Below are positions 9,343-19,851 of a stretch of 64,000 nt of DNA, piece by piece. Below the pieces are notes generated by a model that searched no databases, was not told the origin of the DNA, and saw only the letters and a list, made by a program, of their open reading frames with translations. The stretch comes from an uncultured delta proteobacterium. GTDB taxonomy: Bacteria > Desulfobacterota > Desulfobulbia > Desulfobulbales > Desulfocapsaceae. The position numbers and the translations under genes were made by a program. Position 1 is the first letter of the stretch. Each line of letters opens with the position of its first letter. The stretch spans positions 353,814 through 417,813 of the forward strand of contig CAWHJQ010000023.1 in the NCBI GenBank assembly GCA_963829695.1, written 5' to 3'.

Positions 9343-10668
9343 TTACAGTGGGGATAATTTTTTGTGCGTATCACTGCTTAAAAATTGCCCAAGAGTTCGA
9401 TAAAGCAGAAAAGGATCACTACTGCCGGTGAGTTCACGAATGGAATGCATTGCCAGACTTGGCGAACCAATGTCTATGGTTTTAACTCCCAGGCGAGCGG
9501 CCGTAATGGGGCCGATAGTGCTGCCGCAGGGCATGTCACTGCGCATGACGAATTCCTGAGGGGTGATTTTTGCCTCTTTGCAAATATGTTTATAGATGGC
9601 CGCACTAAGGCTATTTGTGGCATAACGTTGATTGGCATTCAGTTTAATGACAGGACCCTTGTTAAGATGGATTTCGTGGGTCGGATCCATCTTGTCCATG
9701 AAATTGGGATGGGCGGCATGGGCGTTATCTATGGAGATAAGAAAAGAATTACTTAGGGTTATTCTTTTTGACTCGGGATCAGGGACGATTCGTTCAAAGA
9801 CCGAATCGATAAACGAACCATGGGCTCCTGTAGCTGAAGTCGATCCGTTTTCTTCATGGTTGGCGCAGAAAAGAAAATTGTTTTTTGACTTATCGGTATG
9901 AGCAAGCGCTGTCATGCCGGCGTGACAGCTGAGAAGATTGTCGAGTCGGGCTGAGCTGATAAATTCATTATTTATGCCGACATAGCTGGGGCCGTGAAAA
10001 TCGTAGCAAAAGAGATCAAATGCCGGAATTTCCTTAATAATAGCCTTGGGATGCTCAAGCTGAAGTTGATCGAGAAGAAGAGAATTAAATTCCGGTAATT
10101 GTTTGTTGATTGCTTGGGAGATAATTGGCGGAAGATGTTTCTGTTGATCGATACTACTCTTTGTATTTGCTTCCCTGTTAAAATGGATAGCTATGCTGGG
10201 AATGGTGAGTACCGGTCGACTAAAATTAACCAGTAAAACTGCCAAATTACCGTCAACCATTTCACAAACTGCTCTTCCTGCCAGGGATAGGTCCCGGTCA
10301 AACCATGACCCGAGTAAACTACCGCCATAAACCTCAACCCCAAGTTGGTGATATGTCCCTATTTTAATATCAGGCTTTGGCTTGATCTGCAGACAAGGGC
10401 TGTCTGTATGGGCAGCGAGTATTCTAAACCCATCTTCTCGTTCTTCGCGATTGCCTAAAGTAAAGGCAATGGTCGCACTATTTTCTCTGGTGACGAAGTA
10501 GGATAAACCTTTTTGAAGTTGCCAATGTAGGTTTTCCTGCAATTGGATAAATCCATTCGAGCGCAGGGCATCTTCAATGCCTGCGATGGCATGATAAGGG
10601 GTTGGGGAAGAAGAGAGAAAAGAGAATAAAGTTTTATTATAATGAGATTGGTTCATAGCATATGACAA
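9343..10668 (-). CDS. apeB: M18 family aminopeptidase
   Basis: SPTPYHA, AHTDSP, WFDRDLSLAG, RLDN, HEENGS, CGSTIGP, MHSIRE. Confidence 0.92.
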   Translation of the reverse strand: MSYAMNQSHYNKTLFSFLSSSPTPYHAIAGIEDALRSNGFIQLQENLHWQLQKGLSYFVTRENSATIAFTLGNREEREDGFRILAAHTDSPCLQIKPKPDIKIGTYHQLGVEVYGGSLLGSWFDRDLSLAGRAVCEMVDGNLAVLLVNFSRPVLTIPSIAIHFNREANTKSSIDQQKHLPPIISQAINKQLPEFNSLLLDQLQLEHPKAIIKEIPAFDLFCYDFHGPSYVGINNEFISSARLDNLLSCHAGMTALAHTDKSKNNFLFCANHEENGSTSATGAHGSFIDSVFERIVPDPESKRITLSNSFLISIDNAHAAHPNFMDKMDPTHEIHLNKGPVIKLNANQRYATNSLSAAIYKHICKEAKITPQEFVMRSDMPCGSTIGPITAARLGVKTIDIGSPSLAMHSIRELTGSSDPFLLYRTLGQFLSSDTHKKLSPL

Positions 10669-10671
10669 GTA

Positions 10672-10857
10672 TTAAGCATAATAGTCTGATGGGCGCTGGT
10701 AGCTGGTACCAACCTGATTCACGGACGAAGAAGGGGGTGTGGATTCCCCTCGCAACAACACCTCCTGCTCATTTTGAAGCAGTTCTTGTCTGGCTCGTTC
10801 CTCCTCATTAGTATATACTACTTTTAAGCCGATGGCAAACCAGCTGCAAAGCAACAT
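10672..10857 (-). CDS. Small hypothetical protein
   Basis: 61-aa ORF ending 3 bp before the aminopeptidase start, same strand; no motif recognised. Confidence 0.3.
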   Translation of the reverse strand: MLLCSWFAIGLKVVYTNEEERARQELLQNEQEVLLRGESTPPSSSVNQVGTSYQRPSDYYA

Positions 10858-11010
10858 TGTAAGACTAAAGGAAAGCAGTCGTATCTGGCACTATTTTTTA
10901 ATGGTGCTGACCTGGTGATCCTTCCTGCATCGATAAAAGTGGAGGTGGCCGGGTCTTCAGGATGAACTACTCAGTTTGCGTTGATGTTGTTGACGATGTT
11001 GGTTCAACTA

Positions 11011-11153
11011 GGAGGCTGTCCGAGAATGCCCTTTCTCCCAAACTCATCGTTATACCTGTAAAAATTATCCTCGGAATATCAGCTATATACCTGTGGTAAT
11101 TTTTTCAGGAAATCCTCGATTTTAAAAGAAATTGCTATTCTCGGACAACATCC
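11011..11153. mobile_element. MITE family C (~143 bp)
   Basis: 17-bp imperfect TIRs GGAGGCTGTCCGAGAAT / ATTCTCGGACAACATCC, TA on both flanks, internal hairpin; a solo end recurs at 38273. Confidence 0.8.
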
Positions 11154-11168
11154 TAATCAAAAGCGCTG

Positions 11169-12203
11169 TTAATTATATTTTTCCTGAAGATCATAGAGAG
11201 CATCAAGATATTGCTCCTTGAACTGCAAACGTTTTCCACCATTTTCCATTTCTTCCACCAGAGAATGAATTGCAGGTCTAAGATCGATTCCGTACTTCCC
11301 GTTTCCTTGTGCATTTGCACGGTCTATTGTAATGATGGCGTAGTAGGTCACTACCATTCTCGAGGTGGAATCACGGCGAAAAAGGTAGAGTCGACCCCCC
11401 ATTGTGTTGAGAAAAAATGCGGCATAATCGGTAAGGACCTTAGGCGGAATCGAGAGTGAATATTCCTTTTTCAGGTACTGTGGTTGAGAGGACAGGCTAT
11501 AGAAAGCTCTGAGATTTTGTTCGAAAGAGTCTTTTTCTCTATCGAGTATCACTTTGAGCATGTTGATGTTCTTCTTACCAAGTATTCTGAAAAAGTGGGA
11601 AGTGTTTTGAAGAAGGGTGAATAAATCACCAGTTTCACCAATCACTACTGGAGGATTGTTCACAAGCTTTTGAAGAAGTTTGGAAAAATATACCTTGCTC
11701 GACTCTTTCAGGCCAAAGCTCTGCATGTAAGGTTGCTGATCGAGATGAGTATAAAATGCATTAATTTCGTTTGTGAGCAGTTGATGATTGTTTTCGGTAA
11801 ACAACCGTTGCCGGCTTTGGTTGGAAATGTCCTGTGAAGCAGATGAGGCAAAGTTGTCAAGTTCCCCTGCACTATTATCTATAGGACGGTTATCTATAGG
11901 ACTGTCAATATTCGAATGTGGTACAGATTCTTCAGGTTGTGCCGACCTTTCACTTGTCTGTTTATCTTTCGTCGTTGTAATGAGACCTTGTGCTTCAGAA
12001 GCGGCTTGATCAGGAGGCTTTGTCTCGTGAAGAGCAACAGTACTTCCAGGAGTATCGATAAATGATGAAGAAGGGGGCTTTTGCACGTAAAAGTAGAAAC
12101 TTATGACGAATACGCTAACAATAGCAATTGCAATATAGTGAAAGGTGCTCCGGCTTTTTTTAACTCGGGACTGAGGTTGCTCCCTGTCGTTTAGTTCATC
12201 CAT
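11169..12203 (-). CDS. Membrane-anchored hypothetical protein
   Basis: 344-aa ORF, single N-terminal TM helix, low-complexity linker, helical C-domain. Confidence 0.75.
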   Translation of the reverse strand: MDELNDREQPQSRVKKSRSTFHYIAIAIVSVFVISFYFYVQKPPSSSFIDTPGSTVALHETKPPDQAASEAQGLITTTKDKQTSERSAQPEESVPHSNIDSPIDNRPIDNSAGELDNFASSASQDISNQSRQRLFTENNHQLLTNEINAFYTHLDQQPYMQSFGLKESSKVYFSKLLQKLVNNPPVVIGETGDLFTLLQNTSHFFRILGKKNINMLKVILDREKDSFEQNLRAFYSLSSQPQYLKKEYSLSIPPKVLTDYAAFFLNTMGGRLYLFRRDSTSRMVVTYYAIITIDRANAQGNGKYGIDLRPAIHSLVEEMENGGKRLQFKEQYLDALYDLQEKYN

Positions 12204-12529
12204 TGTCTCTTTACTTTATTAGAAAGATCGGGAAATCATCAGAATTAGGCTACAGTATTCAATAAAAAGATACTCTATAGCATTTCCAAAGTCACGTATG
12301 AATGGGACCTTTGCCCCCAATTCGGAACAAATGATTCGGTGGGTGAAGCTGTTACAGAGTAATGGCAAGTCAATCTGTGCAACTTGTTTTTAATGCTTGA
12401 CTGATATCCTCGAAAACACTATTTTGGGGACACTAAATTTTAAACTCAACATGATTTAAGCAAATAATATAGTAGATTAAGGCGATAAGATTTCGGTTAC
12501 TAATATTAATTAAAATTGGAGGAACGCTC

Positions 12530-13459
12530 ATGGCTATTTCTGTTGTTGGACATGCAAACCCTGATACTGATTCAGTTACTTCTGCGATCGCATATGCAAC
12601 TCTGCTTAACGCTCAAGGCATGGAAGCGAAGGCATGTATGCAAATTGCCGCTGCAGACCTGAATCCTGAATCTACCACTGTTTTAAAACGTTTTGGTCTT
12701 ACTGCACCCGAACAACTCATGGATGCAGCCGGAAAGAAGATCGCGCTGGTAGACTTCAGTGATTTAGCTCAGGGCCCGGCAAATTTGGCTTCAGCCGAAC
12801 TGGTTGCTGTTGTTGATCATCACAAAATAGGTGATGTAACCACAAACACTCCTATTCTTTTCAGGGCAGAGCCTGTTGGTTGCACTGGAACCGTATTGAA
12901 CAAGATGTTTAAAGACGCTGGTGTTGCAATACCTAAAAATGTTGCCGGTGGAATGCTTGCAGCAATTCTGAGCGATACGGTAAATTTCAAATCACCTACC
13001 TGTACCGATGATGACAAGGCTGCCGTCAATGATTTGAAAGTTATTGCTGGTGTGACGGATACTGAAGAGCTTTTTATGGAAATGTTAAAAGCTAAATCGG
13101 CTGTTGACGGTGTTCCTGCTAAAGACTTGTTGTTCCGTGATTACAAAGATTTTGATATGAAAGGTAACAAAGTTGGTATTGGTCAACTTGAACTTGCAGC
13201 ACTTGATCAGGTTGCTAACGTTCGCGATGCGCTCGTCAAGGCAATGGAAGATGTTAAAGTAGACGGTCGTCACTCCGTTTTGCTTATGCTTACTGATGTT
13301 GTAAAAGAAGGAACTGAGCTGGTCGTTCTTTCTGATGATCCTGCTATGATCGAAAAAGCATTCGATACCAAACTCGTCGGTAATTCTATGTGGATTCCAG
13401 GAATGATGAGCCGTAAGAAGCAGACTGTTCCTAATCTGCAGAAAGTTTTCGGTTGTTAA
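12530..13459 (+). CDS. ppaC: Manganese-dependent inorganic pyrophosphatase (family II, DHH)
   Basis: GHANPDTDS, VDHH, AILSDT, DYKDF, SRKKQ; strong GGAGG RBS. Confidence 0.95.
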   Translation: MAISVVGHANPDTDSVTSAIAYATLLNAQGMEAKACMQIAAADLNPESTTVLKRFGLTAPEQLMDAAGKKIALVDFSDLAQGPANLASAELVAVVDHHKIGDVTTNTPILFRAEPVGCTGTVLNKMFKDAGVAIPKNVAGGMLAAILSDTVNFKSPTCTDDDKAAVNDLKVIAGVTDTEELFMEMLKAKSAVDGVPAKDLLFRDYKDFDMKGNKVGIGQLELAALDQVANVRDALVKAMEDVKVDGRHSVLLMLTDVVKEGTELVVLSDDPAMIEKAFDTKLVGNSMWIPGMMSRKKQTVPNLQKVFGC

Positions 13460-13512
13460 GCGGAATGCACTGATTTTAGATTTGCTTTTTCCGGTTTGTC
13501 CGGAAAAGTCGT

Positions 13513-13550
13513 AAGGGCAGTTACATTTTATGTAACTGCCCTTTTTTATT
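13513..13550 (+). terminator. Intrinsic terminator after ppaC
   Basis: AAGGGCAGTTACAT-loop-ATGTAACTGCCCTT followed by a T tract. Confidence 0.85.
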
Positions 13551-13594
13551 TGCGATGTGTTTGTTAGCCCTTGTTTCTCAATGAGAAAAATGGG

Positions 13595-15196
13595 CTAGTT
13601 GGCCGGACAGGCAATTGCTGCAACTTTCTTTTGATAATCAAAATTGTTGTCCCGATCCGGAGTATGGCATTGTGTACAGATTTCTGCGGGAGGCCGGAGT
13701 ATCGGAACAACTTTGTCAGGTGTCAGGAGGTGGTCCTTTCCCGGACCGTGGCATACTTCACAACCGACTGTTTGGCGATCTGTGCTGAGGGCAAGGAGAA
13801 ATAGCTTCTGAGAATCATCTGATGCAACGCTTACCTTGCCGCCGGTTACATGGCAGGGAAGACATTGGAGATTAACAGACTGGCCTTGTCGTAAGAGAGT
13901 GGTGTAAGCATTGGCGTGTTTAGTACGCTGCCAAAATTCAGTTTGCTTTTTATGACAGGAAAAGCAACCAGTCCCTCCGTTGATCTCGTCTTTTTGCAGT
14001 GCGAGGCGCAATGCAGGATCGTCTGGTTGTAAACCTGCACGTCGATATCTATTGAAGGCGCTCATACTGTTTTTTATGTCCTGCACGATGGTGGTGATAT
14101 CCTTATTGGAGGACATTGGTCTAACCGGAAGAAAAGAGGATTTGAAACTCTTGGATAGTTGTGTTGCTTTTGGGTCCAGTTCTTTTCCCCGTTCTACTGC
14201 TATTTGATCTAAAATGGTTTGACGATACGACTGCAGGCGCACTTTTTTTTGGGAGGAAAACTTGCTAATGCCTTTCTGTTGATTTCCAAGTTGGCTCAGT
14301 TGCCAGTCGATGGAACTCAGTCTGTTTTTCAGATCAGCCAACGATTGGGATGAAGCAATAAGCCAATTACCGGCAGCCTGCCGAGTGATGTCAACTTTGC
14401 CTAAATATTTTCCTTGATGACCGCTCTGGACGAGAAGGCTGTTTTGTAACACTTGCGGCTGGACATTCGTCCCTTTCTGATTAGTTGTAACAACGATATC
14501 TATTAGGTTAAAGTCTCTTTGTATCTCATTGTTTTCAGGTACATTTAGGCTGGAGAGGACGACGAGCATATCGCAGCTGGCTTTAAGTAAGGATATTTCT
14601 CTTCGCAACGCTTCCCGCCAGTCGCCGATAACGAAATCTTTAACACTCTTTCCAGTGCCTCCGGTTAAGCCAATAATACCGATAGTGAGATTGCCGGCCT
14701 TTTTAATGATATGCGGCAAAAACCTAAGCTTATTATTTTTATCATAAACATTTGCTGCAACCCAGGGGAAGCTGTCGTTTCCTTGGGGATGAAAAAAATC
14801 AAGACCTGCTGATAGATCGTTTGTGCTCATGGCTACCGCGTCATATGACATCGATTCATAAGCCCGGACGAGCCCATGAGCGATGACGAGAGCAGGCGTA
14901 TTGTTCGTAATGTCACCACCTGAAAGCGCCTTCTTAAAAAGAAGATTACCTGCATCAACAACAATCACAGGTTGCTGTTTCTCCGCTCTGATTCCTTCTA
15001 TTAAATGTGCTTTTCCGGACAGCCCGCCCAGTTGATGAGCTTTTCAGCCACAGGGTTCATATTCGCCTGAAACGTTGCCGGAGTAGAGCAGGGAAAATGA
15101 GGGCGGTTCAATCTGTTTGTCTGTTTGGCAATATGCGGAACCGGTGAGAAATATAATGATAAACAGCGAAAACTGGACTACAAGGCGTAGGTTCAT
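13595..15196 (-). CDS. UshA-like (metallophosphoesterase fold) selenoprotein with C-terminal tetraheme cytochrome c domain; in-frame UGA at 15044-15046 read as Sec
   Basis: ORFs 15044-15277 and 13595-14968 share a frame, separated only by TGA: GEYEPCG-U-KAHQLGGLSG..VDAGN. Signal peptide from M at 15196; four CxxCH motifs (CFSCH, CLPCH, CEVCH, CTQCH). Confidence 0.85.
15008..15043 (-). promoter_or_regulatory. Candidate bacterial SECIS element
   Basis: CTGGGC-GGGCT-GTCCGG stem-loop starts 12 nt after the UGA, with a G-led apical loop. Confidence 0.55.
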
Positions 15197-15280
15197 GGCG
15201 GATTTTATTTGTTGGGTAATAGTTTTTTTACGGATTGGCATATTCCGGTAGGAAGATATGCCAGGGTGCTGCTTCACCGT

Positions 15281-16084
15281 TTATTGGGAAGTAATGTAAA
15301 TCAAAAACTCACGATTACCTTTCGGGCCGAGGATAGGGGAGGCGACAGTCCCCTTGCTGATTAAACCGGCTTGTTGGACAGAGGATTCAATCTTTTCTAT
15401 GGCTTTTTTGTGGAGGGACGACTCCCCTACAACGCCTCCTGGTCCGACGTCATTACGAGAAAGCTCAAATTGTGGTTTTATGAGTGCGATAATTGCCACT
15501 TTCCGGGCAAAGAGTCTCGATATTGGGGGCAAAAGGGTAGTCAAGGAAATAAAAGAAACATCCATAACCGCGAGATCAATCGGTTCATTATTGATATTTT
15601 CCGAGGTGATGTTTCTAGCGTTGAATCGCTCCAAGACTATTACTCTGGGGTCTTGCCTGATTTTCCAAGCGAGTTGGCCATAGGCCACATCCACTGCATG
15701 AACTTTTTGGGCATTGTGCTGGAGCAGACAATCTGTAAAACCACCGGTGGAGGCACCAATATCAATACAGATCAGCTTTGAAGGAGAGATATGAAAATGG
15801 GCTAGTGCCTTTTCCAGCTTTAAACCACCCCGTGAAACATACCTACATTTTTCTTTAACGCGGATTATCACCTCGGTTGAACATAATCGACCCGGTTTAT
15901 CAGAAACCTGTTCATTGATAAATATTTCTCCGGCATATATCATTGCTCTTGCAGCCTCGACTGTCAGGGCAACTTTTCTGTTGATTAATATTTGATCAAG
16001 GCGATCCTTCAAAACCACATCATTCCGTATGTTAGAGCTTGCTGAGTTTTTCCTGAGCGCTAGCGGCTTCAGGAGACGAACCAT
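15281..16084 (-). CDS. tlyA: TlyA family rRNA methyltransferase (S4 + FtsJ domains)
   Basis: RLDQIL, YVSRGGLKL, DIGASTGGFTD, DVSFISL, LIKPQFE, GNREF. True start is probably near 16020. Confidence 0.92.
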   Translation of the reverse strand: MVRLLKPLALRKNSASSNIRNDVVLKDRLDQILINRKVALTVEAARAMIYAGEIFINEQVSDKPGRLCSTEVIIRVKEKCRYVSRGGLKLEKALAHFHISPSKLICIDIGASTGGFTDCLLQHNAQKVHAVDVAYGQLAWKIRQDPRVIVLERFNARNITSENINNEPIDLAVMDVSFISLTTLLPPISRLFARKVAIIALIKPQFELSRNDVGPGGVVGESSLHKKAIEKIESSVQQAGLISKGTVASPILGPKGNREFLIYITSQ

Positions 16085-17138
16085 ACTTTTTCAGCAATTT
16101 TTTATAGATAACTTTTGCAGTGTCCTTATCGGCAAGTTTTTCAAATGCCATACCCTGTTTAAGCATTGCTGCAGGGGATTTAGGATGATCTGAATGCTGG
16201 GAGATAATATTTTGATATTGCATAATCGCCTTATCATATTCCTTTTGATTAAAAAGGCATTCTCCCATCATAAAGCGGGCATCAACACTATTGCCGGAGG
16301 ATGCATTGCCGGCTTCCTGTTCAAAGAGCTGTAACGCTTCTTTAAACTTGTCATTTGCATACAACTTCTGCGCTTTTTTAAAATTGTCTAAAGACGTTTC
16401 TCCAACAATGGTATTTGCGGCCTGAGCAGCAGGAGCCTTTTCGACTGCAGTTTGAGCTACTGGTTCAGTCTGTTTGACTTTTTGATCAGCTGATTGAATT
16501 TTTGGTTCAGGCGTTGCTGTTGACTGTTCAGCAGCGCTCAGTTTGATTTTCTTCTGGTCCATTCGAATATGGCTGCGGGAACCGGATGACTGCAGGTCGG
16601 AATTGGCCGATTTGGCACGTGTCTTTGCAAGTTGTGCAGCAAGCGCAGCATCTTTAGCTCTGCGTTCCGCCTCCTTAATCCGAGCTTCCTGGATCGCCTT
16701 AACACTCTCTTGTTGCAATCTCAGCTTCTCATTGAGTGCTTCTGTGAGTCTTGCCTCTTTTTCCCGCTGAGAATCCTCGAAATTTTTCAATGCCTCTTCG
16801 CGTTTGGCAGTCTCTGTCTGGGAAATACTGGAAATGGAAGCCTCAAGCTCTTTGTTTTGTTCTTTAAGCTTTTGGTTTAGCTGATAGGTTTCCTCCAGCT
16901 GGCTTTTCATCTCACGTATATCTTGTTCAACCATGTCGACCTGCCCGGAAGCAGCAGCTTGACGTTTCTGGAGTTGACCAACTGTAGTAGACTTCATATC
17001 CTCGATCTTTTTATTGACGATACGTAATTGATACCGTAAGTCATTGAGATCAGTCTGTGATGCACATTGAACCAGAAACGGTGCAACCGAAGCAAGAAGG
17101 AGAAAATTTAATACCGTTTTTTTCATGGTTTTTTTCAT
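16032..17138 (-). CDS. cpoB: Tol-Pal associated CpoB/YbgF-like TPR lipoprotein
   Basis: Lipobox-like LVQC, long coiled coil, C-terminal TPR (AMLKQGMAF..YGSSPEA); directly downstream of tolB. Confidence 0.8.
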   Translation of the reverse strand: MKKTMKKTVLNFLLLASVAPFLVQCASQTDLNDLRYQLRIVNKKIEDMKSTTVGQLQKRQAAASGQVDMVEQDIREMKSQLEETYQLNQKLKEQNKELEASISSISQTETAKREEALKNFEDSQREKEARLTEALNEKLRLQQESVKAIQEARIKEAERRAKDAALAAQLAKTRAKSANSDLQSSGSRSHIRMDQKKIKLSAAEQSTATPEPKIQSADQKVKQTEPVAQTAVEKAPAAQAANTIVGETSLDNFKKAQKLYANDKFKEALQLFEQEAGNASSGNSVDARFMMGECLFNQKEYDKAIMQYQNIISQHSDHPKSPAAMLKQGMAFEKLADKDTAKVIYKKLLKKYGSSPEAASAQEKLSKL

Positions 17139-17175
17139 GATATATTTTATTTTCTATAATTGTTCTTTGAATACC

Positions 17176-18474
17176 TTACCTTGACCATTGAGGATAACTC
17201 TGGCTTCCGGGAAGAGTGAAAAGTCTTCTTTGAAACGAACCGTTTTTCATTATACCGTATATCTGGTTCTTTTGCCCATCACGTTTTGCAAATATGATCT
17301 GGTTGCCGTCGGGTGACCAGCAGGGTGATTCGTGGTAACTGAGATCTTCCGTCACTTGAGTCGGTGGCTCGTTTTTATATGGATTGAGAGTAAATAACTG
17401 GTAAACGCCATCCCTTAAGCTGGAGTATACAATAAGATCTTCGGTCGGTGACCAACAAGGTTCGGCGTTTTCAGTCCCTTCGAAGGTCAGCCTTTTGACC
17501 TTCCGTGTTCGCATGTCCATCAGATAGAGTTGCGGTTTACCACTTCGATCCGAAACAAAAACCAGATTGCTGCCATCGGGGGACCAGGTGGGGGAGACAT
17601 TAATTCCAGCTCGGTCCGTCAATTGTTCAATGATCTCACCTTTTGAGTCCAAGAGATAAAGGTCTGGGTTGCCATTTTTTGAAAGAGTGAGAACCATGAG
17701 TTTGCCATCGGCTGACCAGGCTGGCGCCAAATTTAAACCTTTTCGTCTTGAGAGCACCTTGGTGGTCTTGTTCTGTCGCAAATCCGTAATATATAAATTC
17801 TGATTCCCTGTATGATAGGAAGTGTAAGTCAAATAAGGTCCATCTGGAACAAACCGTGGGGAGACTGTGAGATGTTTATGGCGGGTAATTTGTCTGAAGC
17901 TTGTACCCAGGATATCCGTCAGATACACTTCTTTCACCCTCTTTTCTCCGTTAACAAAAGCTATCCTGGTCGATGCGATTCCTGGTTTTCCAGTCAGAGA
18001 CTCAATGACGCTGTCACAAAATTTAAAAACCATTTGTTCTTTTTGCGACATCGAACCCGAAAAGCTTTTACCCATGATAACCTCATTAGCGGCTACATCC
18101 AACAGTCGCATTTCGAGGGTCATCGAGTTGGAGGTAAGCTCATATTGTCCAGAAATGGCATAATCTGCACCAAGTTTTTTCCAATCCGCATCTTGATTCC
18201 CGCCATATTCAGTGCTGGGAATAATGGATATAATACCATGAAAAGTTAACGCCTTACTGAGGATATCCGCAAGCTCCCTTCCCAGGATTTGTTTTTGCTG
18301 GGCCATATTTTTGTTCTGAAACCATGGTACGGCAATGTTGATTTTCCTAGCTTGCGACGCGGTAATATCAAGGTAGACACGATCTGCACCGATGGAGGTC
18401 TGCGCAAAACACACCAATATAAGCAAAATAATGGCGTATTTGATTGTAACAATTCTCATTGTATGTTGTTCCAT
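17176..18474 (-). CDS. tolB: Tol-Pal beta-propeller protein
   Basis: TRIAFV and repeated PD40 motifs (PAWSADG, PTWSPDG, FVSDRSGKPQLY). Confidence 0.93.
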   Translation of the reverse strand: MEQHTMRIVTIKYAIILLILVCFAQTSIGADRVYLDITASQARKINIAVPWFQNKNMAQQKQILGRELADILSKALTFHGIISIIPSTEYGGNQDADWKKLGADYAISGQYELTSNSMTLEMRLLDVAANEVIMGKSFSGSMSQKEQMVFKFCDSVIESLTGKPGIASTRIAFVNGEKRVKEVYLTDILGTSFRQITRHKHLTVSPRFVPDGPYLTYTSYHTGNQNLYITDLRQNKTTKVLSRRKGLNLAPAWSADGKLMVLTLSKNGNPDLYLLDSKGEIIEQLTDRAGINVSPTWSPDGSNLVFVSDRSGKPQLYLMDMRTRKVKRLTFEGTENAEPCWSPTEDLIVYSSLRDGVYQLFTLNPYKNEPPTQVTEDLSYHESPCWSPDGNQIIFAKRDGQKNQIYGIMKNGSFQRRLFTLPGSQSYPQWSR

Positions 18475-18498
18475 TTTTATAAATTAAGTTGCATGCGT

Positions 18499-19428
18499 TT
18501 ACTGTATACTGCCCGGCTTGAAAATTAAACCGATTTCGAACCGTTGTTTCTTCATGGCCAGTGGAATCGGAGGCATAGGGGCAGCATCCTCTAGGGTCTT
18601 AATAACAAACTGATCAAAAATCCTGTTGCCTGATTTACTTTCAAAAAGCATATTAGCAACCTTACCGTCCAGGTTGATAGTAATGACTACGACGGCAGTT
18701 AAATTTGGGTCTTGTTGTATGTATTCAGGAGGTGCCCAGAACTGATCCAACCTATTGCGGATAGATGCCAGATATTGACTTTCAATAAGACTTGAGCTGC
18801 CGCCGGCAGCAGCGGAAGAGGTTGACGCCTGACGTTCAGAGCTTGCCGATGAATTTGTCGGCAAGTTATTGAGTGGCTGTTGGGACTGGAGCAACTTACG
18901 CTCATCTTCCAGCGCTTGCTCAGCCAACTGAGCCTTTTCCGATAGGAGTTCTTCTTCCCTGATTGCTTCTGCAAGCCTTTGCCTGATTTTTCGTTGCACC
19001 TCTTGTTTACGGTCTTGATTTTCCTGTGGTTTAATATCCTGAATTTTCTTCTTTTTTAAAGGCGTTAGCGAAATCGATTTCTGTTGTACCGGTACCACCT
19101 TTTGAGGAACGGGTTCCACCTTTTTCTCCACCTTGGCAATCGGAGCAGCTTTTGGTGATTTTTTAGGGGTTGGGTGAGCAATAACAGGGGGTGGAGTTGC
19201 TTTTTTTGCTTTAACCGGTTGGATCTTAGAAGGCGCTGGACCAGAGGTAGGGTCAGCGATATTAATAATGCTCACCGAGTAAATGTCAGCGAATCTTGGT
19301 TTGGTTTTAAAGATACCGGGTAAATATAATGCTCCCAAAATGACCAGCACATGTAAGGCAATGGCCACATTCAGAGGGAGTTTCCATTCATTCGAAAGCA
19401 TAGCGGTAACTCGATAAACTTGCTCCAC
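18499..19428 (-). CDS. tolA: TolA/TonB-like protein
   Basis: N-terminal TM with His (ALHVL), Pro/Lys linker, coiled coil, TonB-C-like SGNRIFD domain; operon position. Confidence 0.8.
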   Translation of the reverse strand: MEQVYRVTAMLSNEWKLPLNVAIALHVLVILGALYLPGIFKTKPRFADIYSVSIINIADPTSGPAPSKIQPVKAKKATPPPVIAHPTPKKSPKAAPIAKVEKKVEPVPQKVVPVQQKSISLTPLKKKKIQDIKPQENQDRKQEVQRKIRQRLAEAIREEELLSEKAQLAEQALEDERKLLQSQQPLNNLPTNSSASSERQASTSSAAAGGSSSLIESQYLASIRNRLDQFWAPPEYIQQDPNLTAVVVITINLDGKVANMLFESKSGNRIFDQFVIKTLEDAAPMPPIPLAMKKQRFEIGLIFKPGSIQ

Positions 19429-19432
19429 TCTT

Positions 19433-19849
19433 CTACTCTTTCTCGGGTGGTTTAGTGATCATACCGATTTTATCAAAACCAACCGATTTGATATCTGCCA
19501 TGACGGTGACAACATTACCATAAGGAACGTTTTTGTCAGCATTCAGGAAGATAGGCTGGTTTTTATTCAAATTGTAATTTTTCTGTAGTTCCTCAATCAT
19601 AGGAGCTCGTGCAAACGGGATATTATTGATACTGATATCTCCCTCTTTGGTAACTGTAATCACAATTGGCTTTTCTTCCTGCCGCAATGATTTCGCGGTG
19701 GTTTCCGGGAGATCTACATTGACTCCCTGAGTCATCATCGGGGCGGTAACCATGAAAATAATCAAGAGTACCAACATGACGTCGACCAGTGGAGTCACAT
19801 TGATTTCAGATACCAACCTTTTTCTGCCGTTATTTCTTACCGGTCCCAT
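19433..19849 (-). CDS. tolR: TolR
   Basis: EINVTPLVDVMLVLLIIFMVTAP. Confidence 0.93.
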   Translation of the reverse strand: MGPVRNNGRKRLVSEINVTPLVDVMLVLLIIFMVTAPMMTQGVNVDLPETTAKSLRQEEKPIVITVTKEGDISINNIPFARAPMIEELQKNYNLNKNQPIFLNADKNVPYGNVVTVMADIKSVGFDKIGMITKPPEKE

Positions 19850-19851
19850 TT

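Noticed and set aside
15044-15277. Separate 77-aa gene, or a nonsense pseudogene
   Set aside because: Better explained as Sec readthrough, given the CG-UGA context, continuous frame and hairpin.
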